Source: Chloroflexota bacterium (GTDB lineage: Bacteria > Chloroflexota > UBA11872 > VXOZ01). From it: a stretch of 64,000 nt of DNA. The stretch spans positions 128,001 to 192,000 of the forward strand of contig CAXXVD010000001.1 of NCBI GenBank assembly GCA_963662335.2, written 5' to 3'. A program made the translations under genes and the position numbers. The number at the start of each line of letters is the position of its first letter. Positions within the stretch are counted from its first letter, which is position 1. The notes below the pieces were generated by a model. The model was not told the origin of the DNA, searched no databases, and saw only the letters and a program-made list of their open reading frames with translations. This document shows, piece by piece, positions 47,837-58,084 of this stretch.

Positions 47837-48050
47837 GAGATTCTCCTCTCACCCTGAAGCGATTGAACTGTAGACCTGAGGCGCGCGACTTTGCTCCCGA
47901 CTTGGCAAACGCCACTACCCCTTGCTTCATTCTCCACTATGTACATTGAGAATGTAAACAATGTAGCGACTATAGCCTATTCTGCGGTGGTGTGCAAGTC
48001 GCCAAGCGGCGAGGGGCAGGCTCAACAACCGGAAGAGTTGGGAAGCCCAA

Positions 48051-49097
48051 TCAAACCGTTGTCCAGGCGAGACAGTCCTCACGGCTGGCGCCGGCGATCC
48101 GCTCACAGAGCAGAATGTCGGCCAGGCCCTCCGCCGCGTCGGGCCTGGGGGTGGCGCCCTCTTGTACACAGCGCAGGAAGTAGCGGATTTCCTCCGTGAA
48201 AGCCTCGCGCGCGGGCACGTCCAGGCGGGTGGAACCGGCCGGCGCGTGCAGGATGACGGCGGAAGGTTGGCGGAAGAGCAGCGGCGGCGCGTGCACGATT
48301 TCGATGCGCCCTGCCGTGCCGTAGATCGTGGCCGCCTGGTCCCAGGGAGCATTGGCATATGACAACGAACCGACTTCGAGCACGGTCTCATGCGCGCCGT
48401 AGCCGAGCACGGCCAGGCGCGGCGGCCCCAGGCTCGCGTATCGCACCTCGCCAGGATCGCCCAGCAAGTGGCGCATCAGGTTGACGTCGTGCACCCACAC
48501 TTCGATCCACTCGGCCAGGGCGCGCCCGCGCGATGCCGACGGCGGAGGCGCGGTTACAGCCGTGGGCGGGGCAGACTCTCCCAACTTGAGAGGCAGCGAG
48601 TGCAGCGCCGCCGCGCCCATCTGCCAGTTGCCGCCAAAGTCGCGGAACTGGGCAAAGCGCACCGCGCCAATTTCGCCCTGCGCCAGCAGTTGCTTGGCGC
48701 GTTGCACGGCGGGATCGAACTGGCGCATGTAGCCGACCATCACCGGAGCGCCGGTTCTTGCGCTCGCCTCGCAGATGCGCTCGGCGTCATCCCGCGTGGC
48801 GGCCAGCGGCTTTTCCGTAAAGACCGGCACGCCGGCTTCCAGCAACGGGATGATGGCGGCGGCGTGATCTTCCTTGAGCGTCACCACCACCGCGCAGTCG
48901 ATTTCGTGCGCGTGGGCGGCCAATTCCCCGGCTCTGCCAAAGATGCGCGGAATGCCGTACGCCGCGGCCACCTGCTCGGCGCGGGCGCGGTCCAATTCCG
49001 CCACGCCTACCAGCGTCACCCCGGCAATCTGCCTGAGGGACGGCAAGTGCGTAATCTGCATCATGTGTCCCGCGCCCACCAGACCGACTCGCATCAT
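48051..49097 (-). CDS. Gfo/Idh/MocA family oxidoreductase
   Basis: VGLVGAG, EKP, VGYMRQFDP, HDVN. Confidence 0.9.
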   Translation of the reverse strand: MMRVGLVGAGHMMQITHLPSLRQIAGVTLVGVAELDRARAEQVAAAYGIPRIFGRAGELAAHAHEIDCAVVVTLKEDHAAAIIPLLEAGVPVFTEKPLAATRDDAERICEASARTGAPVMVGYMRQFDPAVQRAKQLLAQGEIGAVRFAQFRDFGGNWQMGAAALHSLPLKLGESAPPTAVTAPPPSASRGRALAEWIEVWVHDVNLMRHLLGDPGEVRYASLGPPRLAVLGYGAHETVLEVGSLSYANAPWDQAATIYGTAGRIEIVHAPPLLFRQPSAVILHAPAGSTRLDVPAREAFTEEIRYFLRCVQEGATPRPDAAEGLADILLCERIAGASREDCLAWTTV

Positions 49098-49150
49098 TCG
49101 CTCCTATAGGTTTGCACTCTCGGTTCGACGCGCGGACGTTTCCGCATTCC

Positions 49151-50269
49151 CTAGCCCGCGCGAAACGCGTCTATGCCCGCCAGTAAGCGGTCTATGTCCG
49201 CGCGGTTATTGAAGACGTGCGGGTCCACGCGGAAGAGGTTGCGCAGGAAATAGGTATCCACGCCGCGCGCCGTGAGAAAGGCTTGCAATGCGCCCGCGTC
49301 ATCGCTCTCGGCGGCGATCACGCCCGCGCGCCGGGCAGGGTCGCGCGGCGTGCGCACCGTGATGCCGCGCTCCCGCAATCCGTCAATACAATACGCGGTC
49401 AGGTCGAGCACGTGGGCTTCCACGACCGCCATGCCGGTCTCCAAGAGCACGTCGATGCCCGGCAGCGCCGCCGCGACACCCATCAAATTCGGCATACCAA
49501 GCTGGAAGCGCTCGGCGCTGGGCAGCAGTCTGAGTTGTTCCATGTCCGTGCGCTCGGTGCTCACCCACCCGGCGGTGGGTGGCCTGCGCTCGAGATGGCG
49601 CGCGGCGACGTACAGAAAGCCCACGCCGGCCGGCCCCAGCAGCCACTTCATGGCGGTGGTGGCAAAGAAATCGACGCCGGTGGCGTGGAGATCGATATTC
49701 AGCGCGCCCGCCGACTGCGCCCCGTCCACGATGAGCAACGCCCCGCGCGCGTGCGCCAGCCGCGCCAACGCGCCAATGTCGTGGCGAAAGCCCTGCGCGG
49801 GCGTAACGTGGGAGACGCTCACGGCAACGGTTTTGTCGTCGATGGCGCGCTCCATGTCCTCCAGGTGAATGAGACCGCCGCGCGGCTGTACGAAACGGCG
49901 TTCCAGCCCGTCGCGCGGCGGCAGCATCCAGGGATAGACGCTGGAGGGATACGGGTAGCCGTCGAACACGACGTTGCCGCCCGGCTTCGGCGCAACCAGG
50001 CTAACGGCCAGACTCGAGCCCGCGGACGTGCTGTCGTTGACGACGATCTCCGCTTCATCCGCCCCCATGAGCGCCGCAAAGCGCTTGCGCAATACGCGCG
50101 ATTCGTCCATGAAGCGCGGATAGAGGTCGCCGGTGTCGTGCGTCAGCGCGTCCAGATGGCGCTCCACCGCCGCCAGCATGGGCGTGGACGCCGGCGCGAT
50201 GCCGCCGCTGAAGAGATACGCCCGCTCGCTGAGTATGGGAAAGAGTTCGCGCACGTTTGCCGGCGTCAT
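49151..50269 (-). CDS. Class V PLP aminotransferase / SufS-like enzyme
   Basis: VDGAQSAG, KWLLGPAGVGFLYV, PHVFN. Confidence 0.9.
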   Translation of the reverse strand: MTPANVRELFPILSERAYLFSGGIAPASTPMLAAVERHLDALTHDTGDLYPRFMDESRVLRKRFAALMGADEAEIVVNDSTSAGSSLAVSLVAPKPGGNVVFDGYPYPSSVYPWMLPPRDGLERRFVQPRGGLIHLEDMERAIDDKTVAVSVSHVTPAQGFRHDIGALARLAHARGALLIVDGAQSAGALNIDLHATGVDFFATTAMKWLLGPAGVGFLYVAARHLERRPPTAGWVSTERTDMEQLRLLPSAERFQLGMPNLMGVAAALPGIDVLLETGMAVVEAHVLDLTAYCIDGLRERGITVRTPRDPARRAGVIAAESDDAGALQAFLTARGVDTYFLRNLFRVDPHVFNNRADIDRLLAGIDAFRAG

Positions 50270-50279
50270 GCGCTGCTCC

Positions 50280-50723
50280 TCATTCGCTAACCCCGGCGTC
50301 ACCCTGCGGGGCCGGGAATACGATGCCCGCTTCCTGCACTTCCTGGTACGGCAGCAGCCACACCAGCGACTCGTCGTGCAGGTCTACCACCTGGATGCGG
50401 TTGCCCCACGGATCGCGGAAGTCGCAGCGAATGTAGTCGTTGCTGACCACGTCGAGCTTGTACTTGGCGCGCAACTTTTCGCGCACGCTCGCCAACTGCT
50501 CTTCATCGCGCACCATGATGCCAAAGTGGCGCGACCGCTCCGGCTGCAACTCGTCAACCTCGAAGATCGCCAGAAACTGGTGGTTGCCCAACTGGCACCA
50601 CGCCGCGCCTTCGCCCCCGCGCAGCATCTCGAGATTGAAAACGTCCTCATAGAAGGCCACCGCCTTCTCCACGTCGTCAACTTCGATGCCGACGTGATTG
50701 ACACCGTATACCTGAACATCCAT
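50280..50723 (-). CDS. VOC (glyoxalase) family protein
   Basis: NHVGIEV..FY, HFGI, DPWGN. Confidence 0.88.
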   Translation of the reverse strand: MDVQVYGVNHVGIEVDDVEKAVAFYEDVFNLEMLRGGEGAAWCQLGNHQFLAIFEVDELQPERSRHFGIMVRDEEQLASVREKLRAKYKLDVVSNDYIRCDFRDPWGNRIQVVDLHDESLVWLLPYQEVQEAGIVFPAPQGDAGVSE

Positions 50724-50804
50724 GTTTACGTACCCCCAAGCGGCGCATGGCCAAATTCTTCCTGCTCACCACTATATCCCAATGCCGCGCAAAACGTCTG
50801 TCCG

Positions 50805-50892
50805 CACGGCCCAACAAACTATGTCACTCCGAGCGGAGCGTCTGCCACCACGGCCCACAACCTTATGTCACTCCGAGCGGAGCGAGGAGTCT
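50805..50892. repeat. Tandem duplication of a TGTCACTCCGAGCGGAGCG(AGGAGTCT) repeat
   Basis: Two units of about 44 bp CACGGCCC..TATGTCACTCCGAGCGGAGCG; variant of the GTCATTCCGAGCG family. Confidence 0.65.
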
Positions 50893-51017
50893 AGCGCATG
50901 ACCCCGGACGCTGCCCAATGCGAAAAGCACGCCCTGCGCCGCTTGACATACCACGGCAAGACACGTGCCGGCGAAACGGGCCGCTATCGTGTGCGCCGAA
51001 CAACCGTGTGCGCCGGA

Positions 51018-52169
51018 CTAGAGAAGCCCCAGTTCGTCCGCAAGCCCGGCTGCCTGCGCCAAGACAGTATCCCGGTCGCCGCCCCGCAGGGTAACGTGCC
51101 CCACCTTGCGGCCGGGGCGCGGCGCTTTGGCGTAGAGGTGCACGTGGGCGTTGGAGGCAGCGAGCATGGCGGCGCGCTCGGGTATGTTGCCGATGAGATT
51201 GAGCATCACCGCGTGGCCGCGCGGCGCGGTCGCGCCCAGGGGCAGGCCGAGCACGGCGCGGAGATGGTTCTCGAACTGGCTGGTTTCCGCTCCCTCTATC
51301 GTCCAATGGCCGGAGTTGTGCACCCGGGGCGCCATCTCGTTGGCGAGCAAGCCGTCCCCCACTTGGAAGAGCTCGATCGCCAGCACGCCCACGTAGTCCA
51401 GCGCCGCCAGCGCGCGCCGGCCGTACGCTTCCGCTTGCGCCTGCAGGGCGGCCGGGGACTGCGTCAAAGACGACGTTGCCGGCGCGGGCGCGATAGACCG
51501 GCGCAGGATGCCGTCGTGATGGTAGTTTTCAATCAGAGGATAGAACGCCGCGCTGCCGTCTCTGCCGCGCGCGGAGATTAGCGAGACCTCTCGCTCGAAC
51601 GGCACGAACGCCTCCAGGATGAGCGGCGCCGGTTTGCCGCCTGCGCCCGCCGGCCCGCCTTGCAGCGCGTCCCAGGCCGCCTCAGCCTCGGATGGCTGGC
51701 GAATGACGCGCTGCCCCTTGCCGTCGTAGCCCAGCCGCCGTGTCTTGAGCACGGCCGGCGTCCCCAGCGCGCGCAGCGCGGTTGCCAGCGTCTCGCGGCT
51801 GTCTACGGCCTGGAAGCCGGGCGTGGGAATGCCGAGACTTTGGAAGAAGGTCTTCTCGGTCAGGCGGTCCTGGGAAGCCTCCAGGGCCGCGGGCGGCGGG
51901 TAGACCGGCACACGCTCCGCCAGAAAGCGCGCGGCGTCTACGGGCACGTTCTCAAACTCATAGGTGGCGACCGCTATCCCATCCGCAAATCGCGCCAGCG
52001 CCGCGCGTTCGTCGAAACTCGCGCCGACCACGAGTTCCGCCATCTCGCCGGCCGGCGCGGCGTCGTACGTGTCCAGCACGCGAAACCGCAGTCCCAGCGG
52101 ATACCCCGCCAGCGCCAACATGCGGCCAAGCTGCCCGCCGCCGAGGATGCCGACCGTCACGCTATTCAC
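51018..52169 (-). CDS. purK: N5-carboxyaminoimidazole ribonucleotide synthase
   Basis: [48 protein letters not shown]. Confidence 0.96.
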   Translation of the reverse strand: MNSVTVGILGGGQLGRMLALAGYPLGLRFRVLDTYDAAPAGEMAELVVGASFDERAALARFADGIAVATYEFENVPVDAARFLAERVPVYPPPAALEASQDRLTEKTFFQSLGIPTPGFQAVDSRETLATALRALGTPAVLKTRRLGYDGKGQRVIRQPSEAEAAWDALQGGPAGAGGKPAPLILEAFVPFEREVSLISARGRDGSAAFYPLIENYHHDGILRRSIAPAPATSSLTQSPAALQAQAEAYGRRALAALDYVGVLAIELFQVGDGLLANEMAPRVHNSGHWTIEGAETSQFENHLRAVLGLPLGATAPRGHAVMLNLIGNIPERAAMLAASNAHVHLYAKAPRPGRKVGHVTLRGGDRDTVLAQAAGLADELGLL

Positions 52170-52710
52170 CGCCGTTCCCACGCGAAGGGGATTCCGTCTG
52201 CGCGCTCTGCGGCTCGGGATTGGCCAGCACCTCGGCGGTGCGCCGGCGGCGGAAATCTGCATAGGCCGCGCGAAACTCTGGGTGCTTAGCGCCAAGTATG
52301 GCCGCGGCCAGCAACGCCGCATTTACCGCGCCGGCCCGGCCAATCGCCAACGTGCCCACCGGCACGCCCGCCGGCATCTGCGCGATGGAGAGAAGCGAGT
52401 CCATGCCGTTCAGCGCCCGCGACTGCACCGGCACGCCCAGCACCGGCAGGCAGGTCTTGGCCGCCGTCATGCCGGGCAGATGCGCCGCGCCGCCGGCCCC
52501 GGCAATGATCACCTCGATGCCCCGCTCCGCCGCCGTCTCGGCGTACGCGAACATCTGGTCCGGCGTCCGGTGCGCCGACACCACCCGCGCCTCATGCGGC
52601 ACCCCCAACTCTGCCAAAGTCTCAACCGCGTGGCGCATGGTCTCCCAATCGGACTGGGAGCCCATGACTATGCCGACCAGCGGCAGTGAATCGTCTCTCG
52701 ATTCTCCCAC
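52162..52710 (-). CDS. purE: N5-CAIR mutase
   Basis: [35 protein letters not shown]. Confidence 0.97.
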   Translation of the reverse strand: MGESRDDSLPLVGIVMGSQSDWETMRHAVETLAELGVPHEARVVSAHRTPDQMFAYAETAAERGIEVIIAGAGGAAHLPGMTAAKTCLPVLGVPVQSRALNGMDSLLSIAQMPAGVPVGTLAIGRAGAVNAALLAAAILGAKHPEFRAAYADFRRRRTAEVLANPEPQSAQTESPSRGNGGE

Positions 52711-53113
52711 GAGTCTTCCTGCCCTTCTGCCCGTTCTTCCTAGAGTTGCATCCCTGGGTTTTCTACGACAGGAATGCCGTCGTGACAGCGAAACCAGTCA
52801 CACATCGGCCATCCGCACCGCAAAGTCCGCACTACTCCATTGTAGCGAAAACTCGTACAGCGATTTTCACCCTGGACGCCGACGCGTCTCGCTTGCAAGC
52901 AACGTTGCGCGGGATTCGCGCCGGTTTCCGCCGCAAGCCGACTCTCACGTATGCGGGGCACTTGGCGCGCGCCTGCCAAGCGTGTAAAGTAAGTACATGG
53001 CACGCCGGCAGCCCTTTGGCGAAATGTGACGTGGAGCGTGCCATTCTTTGTGGAAAATAGTCGAATGCGAACAAGCGGCACGCCGCAAGGCAACCCAGGA
53101 GATTGACGGGCGC

Positions 53114-53776
53114 ATGGCCAGACAACACGAACAGCTACAGGCGGATAGGCGCAAGACCTTTGGCAAGAAACTGCGGCGGCTGCGCCGCGACGGCATGGTG
53201 CCGGGCAACGTCTACGGCCTGGACATGAAACCGATTCCCCTCACGCTCGAAGGACGCGGTTTCATCGCCGTGCATCAGCGGGTAGGCAGCACCGGCGTCA
53301 TCGACCTGGCGGTAGACGGTGCGGATTCCCTGCCGGTGCTCGTGCAAGAGGTGCAGCACGACCCGCCCACCAGCCGCGTGCTGCACGTCAGCTTCTTGCA
53401 AGTAGACCTGACGAAGTCCATCAACGCCATGGTGCCGGTGACGGTGTTTGGCGAGTCCCCGGCGCTGGAACAGGGCGCCATCATCATCCAACACGTCAAC
53501 GAGGTGGAAGTGGCGGCGCTGCCGGACGACATCCCCGAGAGCTTTACCGTCGACGTCTCCGTATTGACGGAAATCGATCATGGCTTGGTGGTCGGCGACC
53601 TGACCGCGCCGGAGGGCGTCGCGATTCAATCCGACGCGGAAGATTTGGTCGTGCGCGCCGAACGGCCGCGCGTGGTGGAAGAAGAGACGCCTGAAGAGGA
53701 CGAAGAACTCGAAGGCGAAGAAGGCGCCGGCGAGGAAGGCGAAGAGGGCGCGGCGGAAGAGGCAAGCGAAGAGTAG
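53114..53776 (+). CDS. rplY: 50S ribosomal protein L25 / Ctc
   Basis: LRRDGMVPGNVYG, VQHDP, HVSF, ALPDDIPE, acidic tail. Confidence 0.93.
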   Translation: MARQHEQLQADRRKTFGKKLRRLRRDGMVPGNVYGLDMKPIPLTLEGRGFIAVHQRVGSTGVIDLAVDGADSLPVLVQEVQHDPPTSRVLHVSFLQVDLTKSINAMVPVTVFGESPALEQGAIIIQHVNEVEVAALPDDIPESFTVDVSVLTEIDHGLVVGDLTAPEGVAIQSDAEDLVVRAERPRVVEEETPEEDEELEGEEGAGEEGEEGAAEEASEE

Positions 53777-53840
53777 GCGTTGCCCCGGCCCCGCCGCCGC
53801 GTCGCAGCCGCACGCATAACCGTACCGGGGAGCACTGCCC

Positions 53841-54744
53841 GTGGCGAGCGCCCTCAGCGTTGACCGCGTCAAGAAAGTCTACGGCCGCGCCACCGTGGTC
53901 GATGACGTCTCGTTCTCCCTGGAGCCGCAAGAGATTCTGGGTCTCGTCGGCCCCAACGGCGCCGGCAAGACTACCACCATTCGCATGGCGCTGGACATCA
54001 TCCGGCCCGATTCGGGTGCGGTGGCGCTATTTCGGCGGCCCGCCCACGCGGCAAGCGCTGCGACGGGTCGGCTATCTGCCCGAGGAGCGCGGCCTCTACC
54101 AGAAGTCGGGCTTGACCGACGTCCTTCGCTACCTGGGGCGGCTCAAGGGACTCAGCGCCAAGGCCGCCCAAGCCCGCACCGACGCCATGCTGCAACGGGT
54201 CGGCCTCTACGAGCACCGCGCCAAGAAGGTGCAGGCGCTCTCACGCGGCATGAACCAGCTTGCCCAGTTCGCCAGCGCGCTCCTGCATCAGCCGGACCTC
54301 GTGATTCTCGATGAGCCGTTCTCCGGCCTCGACCCCATCAACGTGCAGGTGATGAAGGAGATCATCCACGAGCAACAGCAGCGCGGCGCGGCCATCATCT
54401 TCAGTTCCCACAACATGGAAGACGTGGAGGAGATGTGCGAGCGGGTCGTGCTCGTCAGCGGCGGGGCCGTGCTGCTCTACGGCGCGCTCGACGAACTGAA
54501 GCGGGCGCGCGGCGTCCAGACCATCCGCGTCAGCGCGCCGCGCCAACCGGCGGACGTCCCCGGCGCCAGCCAATCCACGGTCAAGGAAGGCCGGTTCGAG
54601 TATCTCTTGACAGACGGTTCGGACCCAAACGCCGTGCTCCGCGCCTTCCTGGAGGGCGGCATTCCGGTGGAGCGGTTCGAGGTCGCGTTGCCCTCGTTGC
54701 GCGACATGTTCATCGAAGAGGTGAGCCGTGCCCGCAACGCTTGA
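53841..54744 (+). CDS. ABC transporter ATP-binding protein, one frameshift near 54030
   Basis: Walker A GPNGAGKTT in ORF 53841; GYLPEERGLY, LSRGM, ILDEPFSGLDP and SSH in the next frame (ORF 53860); one extra T in CTATTTCGGC. Confidence 0.85.
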
Positions 54745-56002
54745 CGGCGTCCGCATCGTCTTCGGCCACGAGTTTCGCAAGCAGATCGGCGGCAAGGGCT
54801 TTCTCATCGCCACGCTGGCGATTCCGGTACTGCTCGTCCTCATTTGGATCGCCATTCCGGTGATTAGAGGGTTTGCGGACGGCGACGACGCGGATGCCGC
54901 GGGCAGCGCCGCCGGTACCCCGGCAAACGAGGCCGGCCAAGACGCTGCCAGCGCCCCCGCCGGCATCGTCATGCAGGCGCGCGGCCTCGCCGTAGACTTT
55001 TCCCCGTATCCGGAGTTTCGGGTCTACGCCGAGACGGCGGCGGGCTTGGCAGACGTGAAAGCCGGAGAGATCAACGAACTCTTCGTACTCTTGCCCGATT
55101 ACGTGGCAAACGGCCGCGTGGAGCACTACTACACGGAAGACGCGGGTGACGGTGCGCAGCGCCTGCGCCTCATCTTGCGCGACGCGCTCTTGGGCGAGAC
55201 GCAGTCGCCCGCGCACCGGCAGCGGGCGCTTGACCGTCCGCAATTCCAGCGCTTTACGGTAACGGCAGACGGGGAAGTCTCTGCGGAGAGCGGCCTCGCC
55301 GTCGCCGTCTCCTTCTTGATCGGGCAAGGATTCGCCATCGCGCTGATCTTCAGCCTCATTGCCTACGGCACCATTCTGCTCCAGACCGTTTCCGAAGAGA
55401 AAGAGAACCGCATGGTGGAGGTGCTGCTCACCTCCGCCACGCCGCTGGCCGTCATGACGGGCAAGGTGCTGGCGCTGGGCCTGGCCGGCCTCATGCAGAT
55501 GTCGGTGTGGATCGCCGCAGTCGTGCTCATCGTGCCCCGGTTCGCGGGCGTGCTGCCGGACATGGACGGCATACCCATCGACGTGGGCTTGCTGCTGCTC
55601 GTGCTGGCGTTCTTCTTGGCCGGGTACGCGATTGCGGCGGCGCTCCTGGCCGGCATTGGCGCCGCTACCACCTCGGCCACGGAAGCGGGGCCGCTTTCCG
55701 CCCTTGTCATCATTCCGTTGGCCGCGCCCTTCTACGCGATGCCGCTCTTTCTCAGTTCCCCGGACCACTGGCTGCCGCGTTTGCTCTCGTTCCTGCCCGT
55801 CACGGCCGCCACGTCGATGCTGTTGCGCCTGGCGACGAGCCGCGTGGCGCCAGGTGAAGTCGCGCTCAGCCTCGGCCTGATGCTGGTCACGGCGGCGCTC
55901 CTGCTCTGGCTGGCGAGCCGCATCTTCCGCGCCGGCCTGCTGCTCTACGGCCAGCGCATGAGCCTGCGGGCGGCCTGGGCCGCGCTGCGTTACGGCGGCT
56001 AG
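54728..56002 (+). CDS. ABC-2 type permease (NatB/YhaP-like)
   Basis: EEKENRMVEVLLTS, GKVL, IFRAGLLLYG. Confidence 0.9.
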   Translation: MPATLDGVRIVFGHEFRKQIGGKGFLIATLAIPVLLVLIWIAIPVIRGFADGDDADAAGSAAGTPANEAGQDAASAPAGIVMQARGLAVDFSPYPEFRVYAETAAGLADVKAGEINELFVLLPDYVANGRVEHYYTEDAGDGAQRLRLILRDALLGETQSPAHRQRALDRPQFQRFTVTADGEVSAESGLAVAVSFLIGQGFAIALIFSLIAYGTILLQTVSEEKENRMVEVLLTSATPLAVMTGKVLALGLAGLMQMSVWIAAVVLIVPRFAGVLPDMDGIPIDVGLLLLVLAFFLAGYAIAAALLAGIGAATTSATEAGPLSALVIIPLAAPFYAMPLFLSSPDHWLPRLLSFLPVTAATSMLLRLATSRVAPGEVALSLGLMLVTAALLLWLASRIFRAGLLLYGQRMSLRAAWAALRYGG

Positions 56003-56070
56003 AATGCGCCAGATTCACAGAAAATGGCCGTACCGGCACAACGCGCCAGGTAGGCGGAGGGCCTAGGAAC

Positions 56071-57330
56071 ATGCGGCAACTCTGGGCCGAAATGAGGATC
56101 GTCCTTGCGGAAGAAGTGCGCCGGCAGATCCGCCGCAAGCAGTTTCTCCTCGTCACCTTTGCGCCGGTGGCTATCCTGCTTGTGCTCGCACTGGCCGTGC
56201 CGCTCATTCGCGGCTTCTCCGGCGGCGACGGCGCAAGCACAGCCGCCGCGGACGGCGGCAGAGTAATCGCCGTCGTCAACCTCGCATCAGACCTCACGTT
56301 CGCGCCGCCGGAATCCGCCGCCATAGAGACATTTGCCGACCGCCAGGCCGGTATTGCCGCGTTGCAGGCAGGCGAGGTTGACGATCTCTTCATCATTCCC
56401 GCGGACTTCCTGCAAACCGGCCGCATCGAGTGGTTGCACGCGGACGAGGGCTTGAGCAGCCTCATCGCCGGGGACGAGAGCGAAGACCGCATGAGAGCGC
56501 TCGTGCTGCAAGCGCTAACGTCGGACGAACTCTCCGCAGGCCGCCTCGCGCGCCTGCGAAACCCCCTGAACCTGTCCGCCTACAAGGTGCTGCCGGACGG
56601 AAGCGTAGCGGCAGAAGAGGACGGCGACTTCATCACGTTCTTCTCCGTGCCGTTCCTGTTGTCGTGGCTCATGATCATGGCGATCTACATGGTGAGTGGC
56701 ACGCTGTTGCAAAGCGTTTCCGAAGAGAAAGAGAATCGCGTCGTGGAGGTGCTCATCACGTCGGTGTCGCCGCTGGCCTTGATGACCGGCAAGGTGCTCG
56801 GCCTGGGGGCAACGGGCCTGCTGCAAGTGGGCATTTGGCTAGCCGCCGCGGCCGTACTTGTGCCCCGGATCGTTTCCGCCTTTCCCAACTTGGGCGACCT
56901 GACGGTGGCGCCGGCGTTGGCAGCCGCGCTCGTGCTCTTCTTCCTGGCCGGGTACTTCGTCTTTGCCGTGGTGATGGCAGCCATCAGCGCGGCTACGGTT
57001 TCGGCCCGCGAGGCGTCGTCGCTCTCGAGCGTCGTCCTCCTGCCGGCCCTCGCGCCGCTCATCCTCGCCTCGTTGATCTCGCTGACGCCCAACGGCGCGC
57101 TCGCGCGCATCTTAACCTTCATCCCCTTTACCGCTCCCGCCACGATGATGATTCGCCTCGGCGTGACCGACGTGGGGCTTTGGGAGATCGCGCTCAGCCT
57201 GGGCGTCACCATCGCGAGCGGGCTGGCGTTTCTGTGGCTCGCGGCGCGGGTCTTCCGCGCGGGCATCCTGACGTACGGCCAGCGTATGACCCTGCGCCGC
57301 CTGTGGCTGGCCGTGCGCTACGCGGACTAG
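56071..57330 (+). CDS. ABC-2 type permease (NatB/YhaP-like), paralogue
   Basis: EEKENRVVEVLITS, GKVLG, VFRAGILTYG. Confidence 0.9.
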   Translation: MRQLWAEMRIVLAEEVRRQIRRKQFLLVTFAPVAILLVLALAVPLIRGFSGGDGASTAAADGGRVIAVVNLASDLTFAPPESAAIETFADRQAGIAALQAGEVDDLFIIPADFLQTGRIEWLHADEGLSSLIAGDESEDRMRALVLQALTSDELSAGRLARLRNPLNLSAYKVLPDGSVAAEEDGDFITFFSVPFLLSWLMIMAIYMVSGTLLQSVSEEKENRVVEVLITSVSPLALMTGKVLGLGATGLLQVGIWLAAAAVLVPRIVSAFPNLGDLTVAPALAAALVLFFLAGYFVFAVVMAAISAATVSAREASSLSSVVLLPALAPLILASLISLTPNGALARILTFIPFTAPATMMIRLGVTDVGLWEIALSLGVTIASGLAFLWLAARVFRAGILTYGQRMTLRRLWLAVRYAD

Positions 57331-57353
57331 CTTGACCTGCCACCCGTTCGTCC

Positions 57354-57649
57354 CAATACTGTCGCATTAACGTAGCGCGGGGGCTTGTCCCCCGCCTGGG
57401 CCATTGAAACTGACACACAAAAGAATGACCTGACAGCTTCGCAGGTTACAAACCTGCGCTACCGGGGATTTAGGAGGCGAGTTTTGCCGCCGTTCTGTTT
57501 AGTGCGACAGCATTGGGCCTTGTCCCCCGCCTGAGCAAGAGAAAAGGACACACAAAGGATTGACCCTACAGATCGCAGGTTGCAAACCTGCGTTACCTGA
57601 GATGTGAGACGTGATTCTCATTGCCATTACGTTTAATGCGACAGCATTG
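57354..57649. mobile_element. MITE-like element family 1, nested or tandem double copy
   Basis: Left TIR CAATACTGTCGCATTAA; right TIRs TTAGTGCGACAGCATTG (ends 57515) and TTAATGCGACAGCATTG (ends 57649); outer flanks CCCGTTCGTCC / CCCGCTTGTCC. Confidence 0.7.
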
Positions 57650-57751
57650 CCCGCTTGTCCTGACCCTACCGCCGCTTGTCCTGACCCTGTCGCCCGTTCG
57701 TCCTGAGCCTGTCGAAGGGCAAACGGAGCGACGGCGCCGCCGAGCCGCGGG

Positions 57752-57781
57752 TTGACAGGTGAAGCGCGCGTGTGGTTAATT
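57752..57781 (+). promoter_or_regulatory. Sigma70-type promoter P1
   Basis: TTGACA-N18-TTAATT preceded by GTGTGG. Confidence 0.5.
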
Positions 57782-57915
57782 GAATGCCGTGCGCAAAGCC
57801 CTTGCGCGCAGACCGGCGCTCCCCAACCATTTTCGTCCGCAGTTTTCGCGGCGCATCAGGCGCTTTTGCGTTCAAGTCAGGGTGGCGGGCCAAGAGAGCG
57901 CTCCGCGCCGAACGG

Positions 57916-57945
57916 TTGACACGTGTAGCGGTAGTGTGGTTAACT
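57916..57945 (+). promoter_or_regulatory. Sigma70-type promoter P2
   Basis: TTGACA-N18-TTAACT preceded by GTGTGG. Confidence 0.5.
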
Positions 57946-57949
57946 GGAA

Positions 57950-58084
57950 TTCGCGGCCTGCATACTTGACCTTTGTGGTACGGTCATTGCCCCAAAGGTA
58001 CCCCACGTAGCATGAGGAGATATGTACAGGCGCCTAGCAGTTTTCCCGGTCCTGCGGCCTAGACCCGTGAGGTAAGTCTGGGCC
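57950..58084 (+). ncRNA. Candidate structured small RNA
   Basis: Downstream of P2; helices GCCTGCATA/TATGTACAGGC and ACCTTTG/CAAAGGT, terminal hairpin GGCCTAGAC/GTCTGGGCC; family not recognised. Confidence 0.35.
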
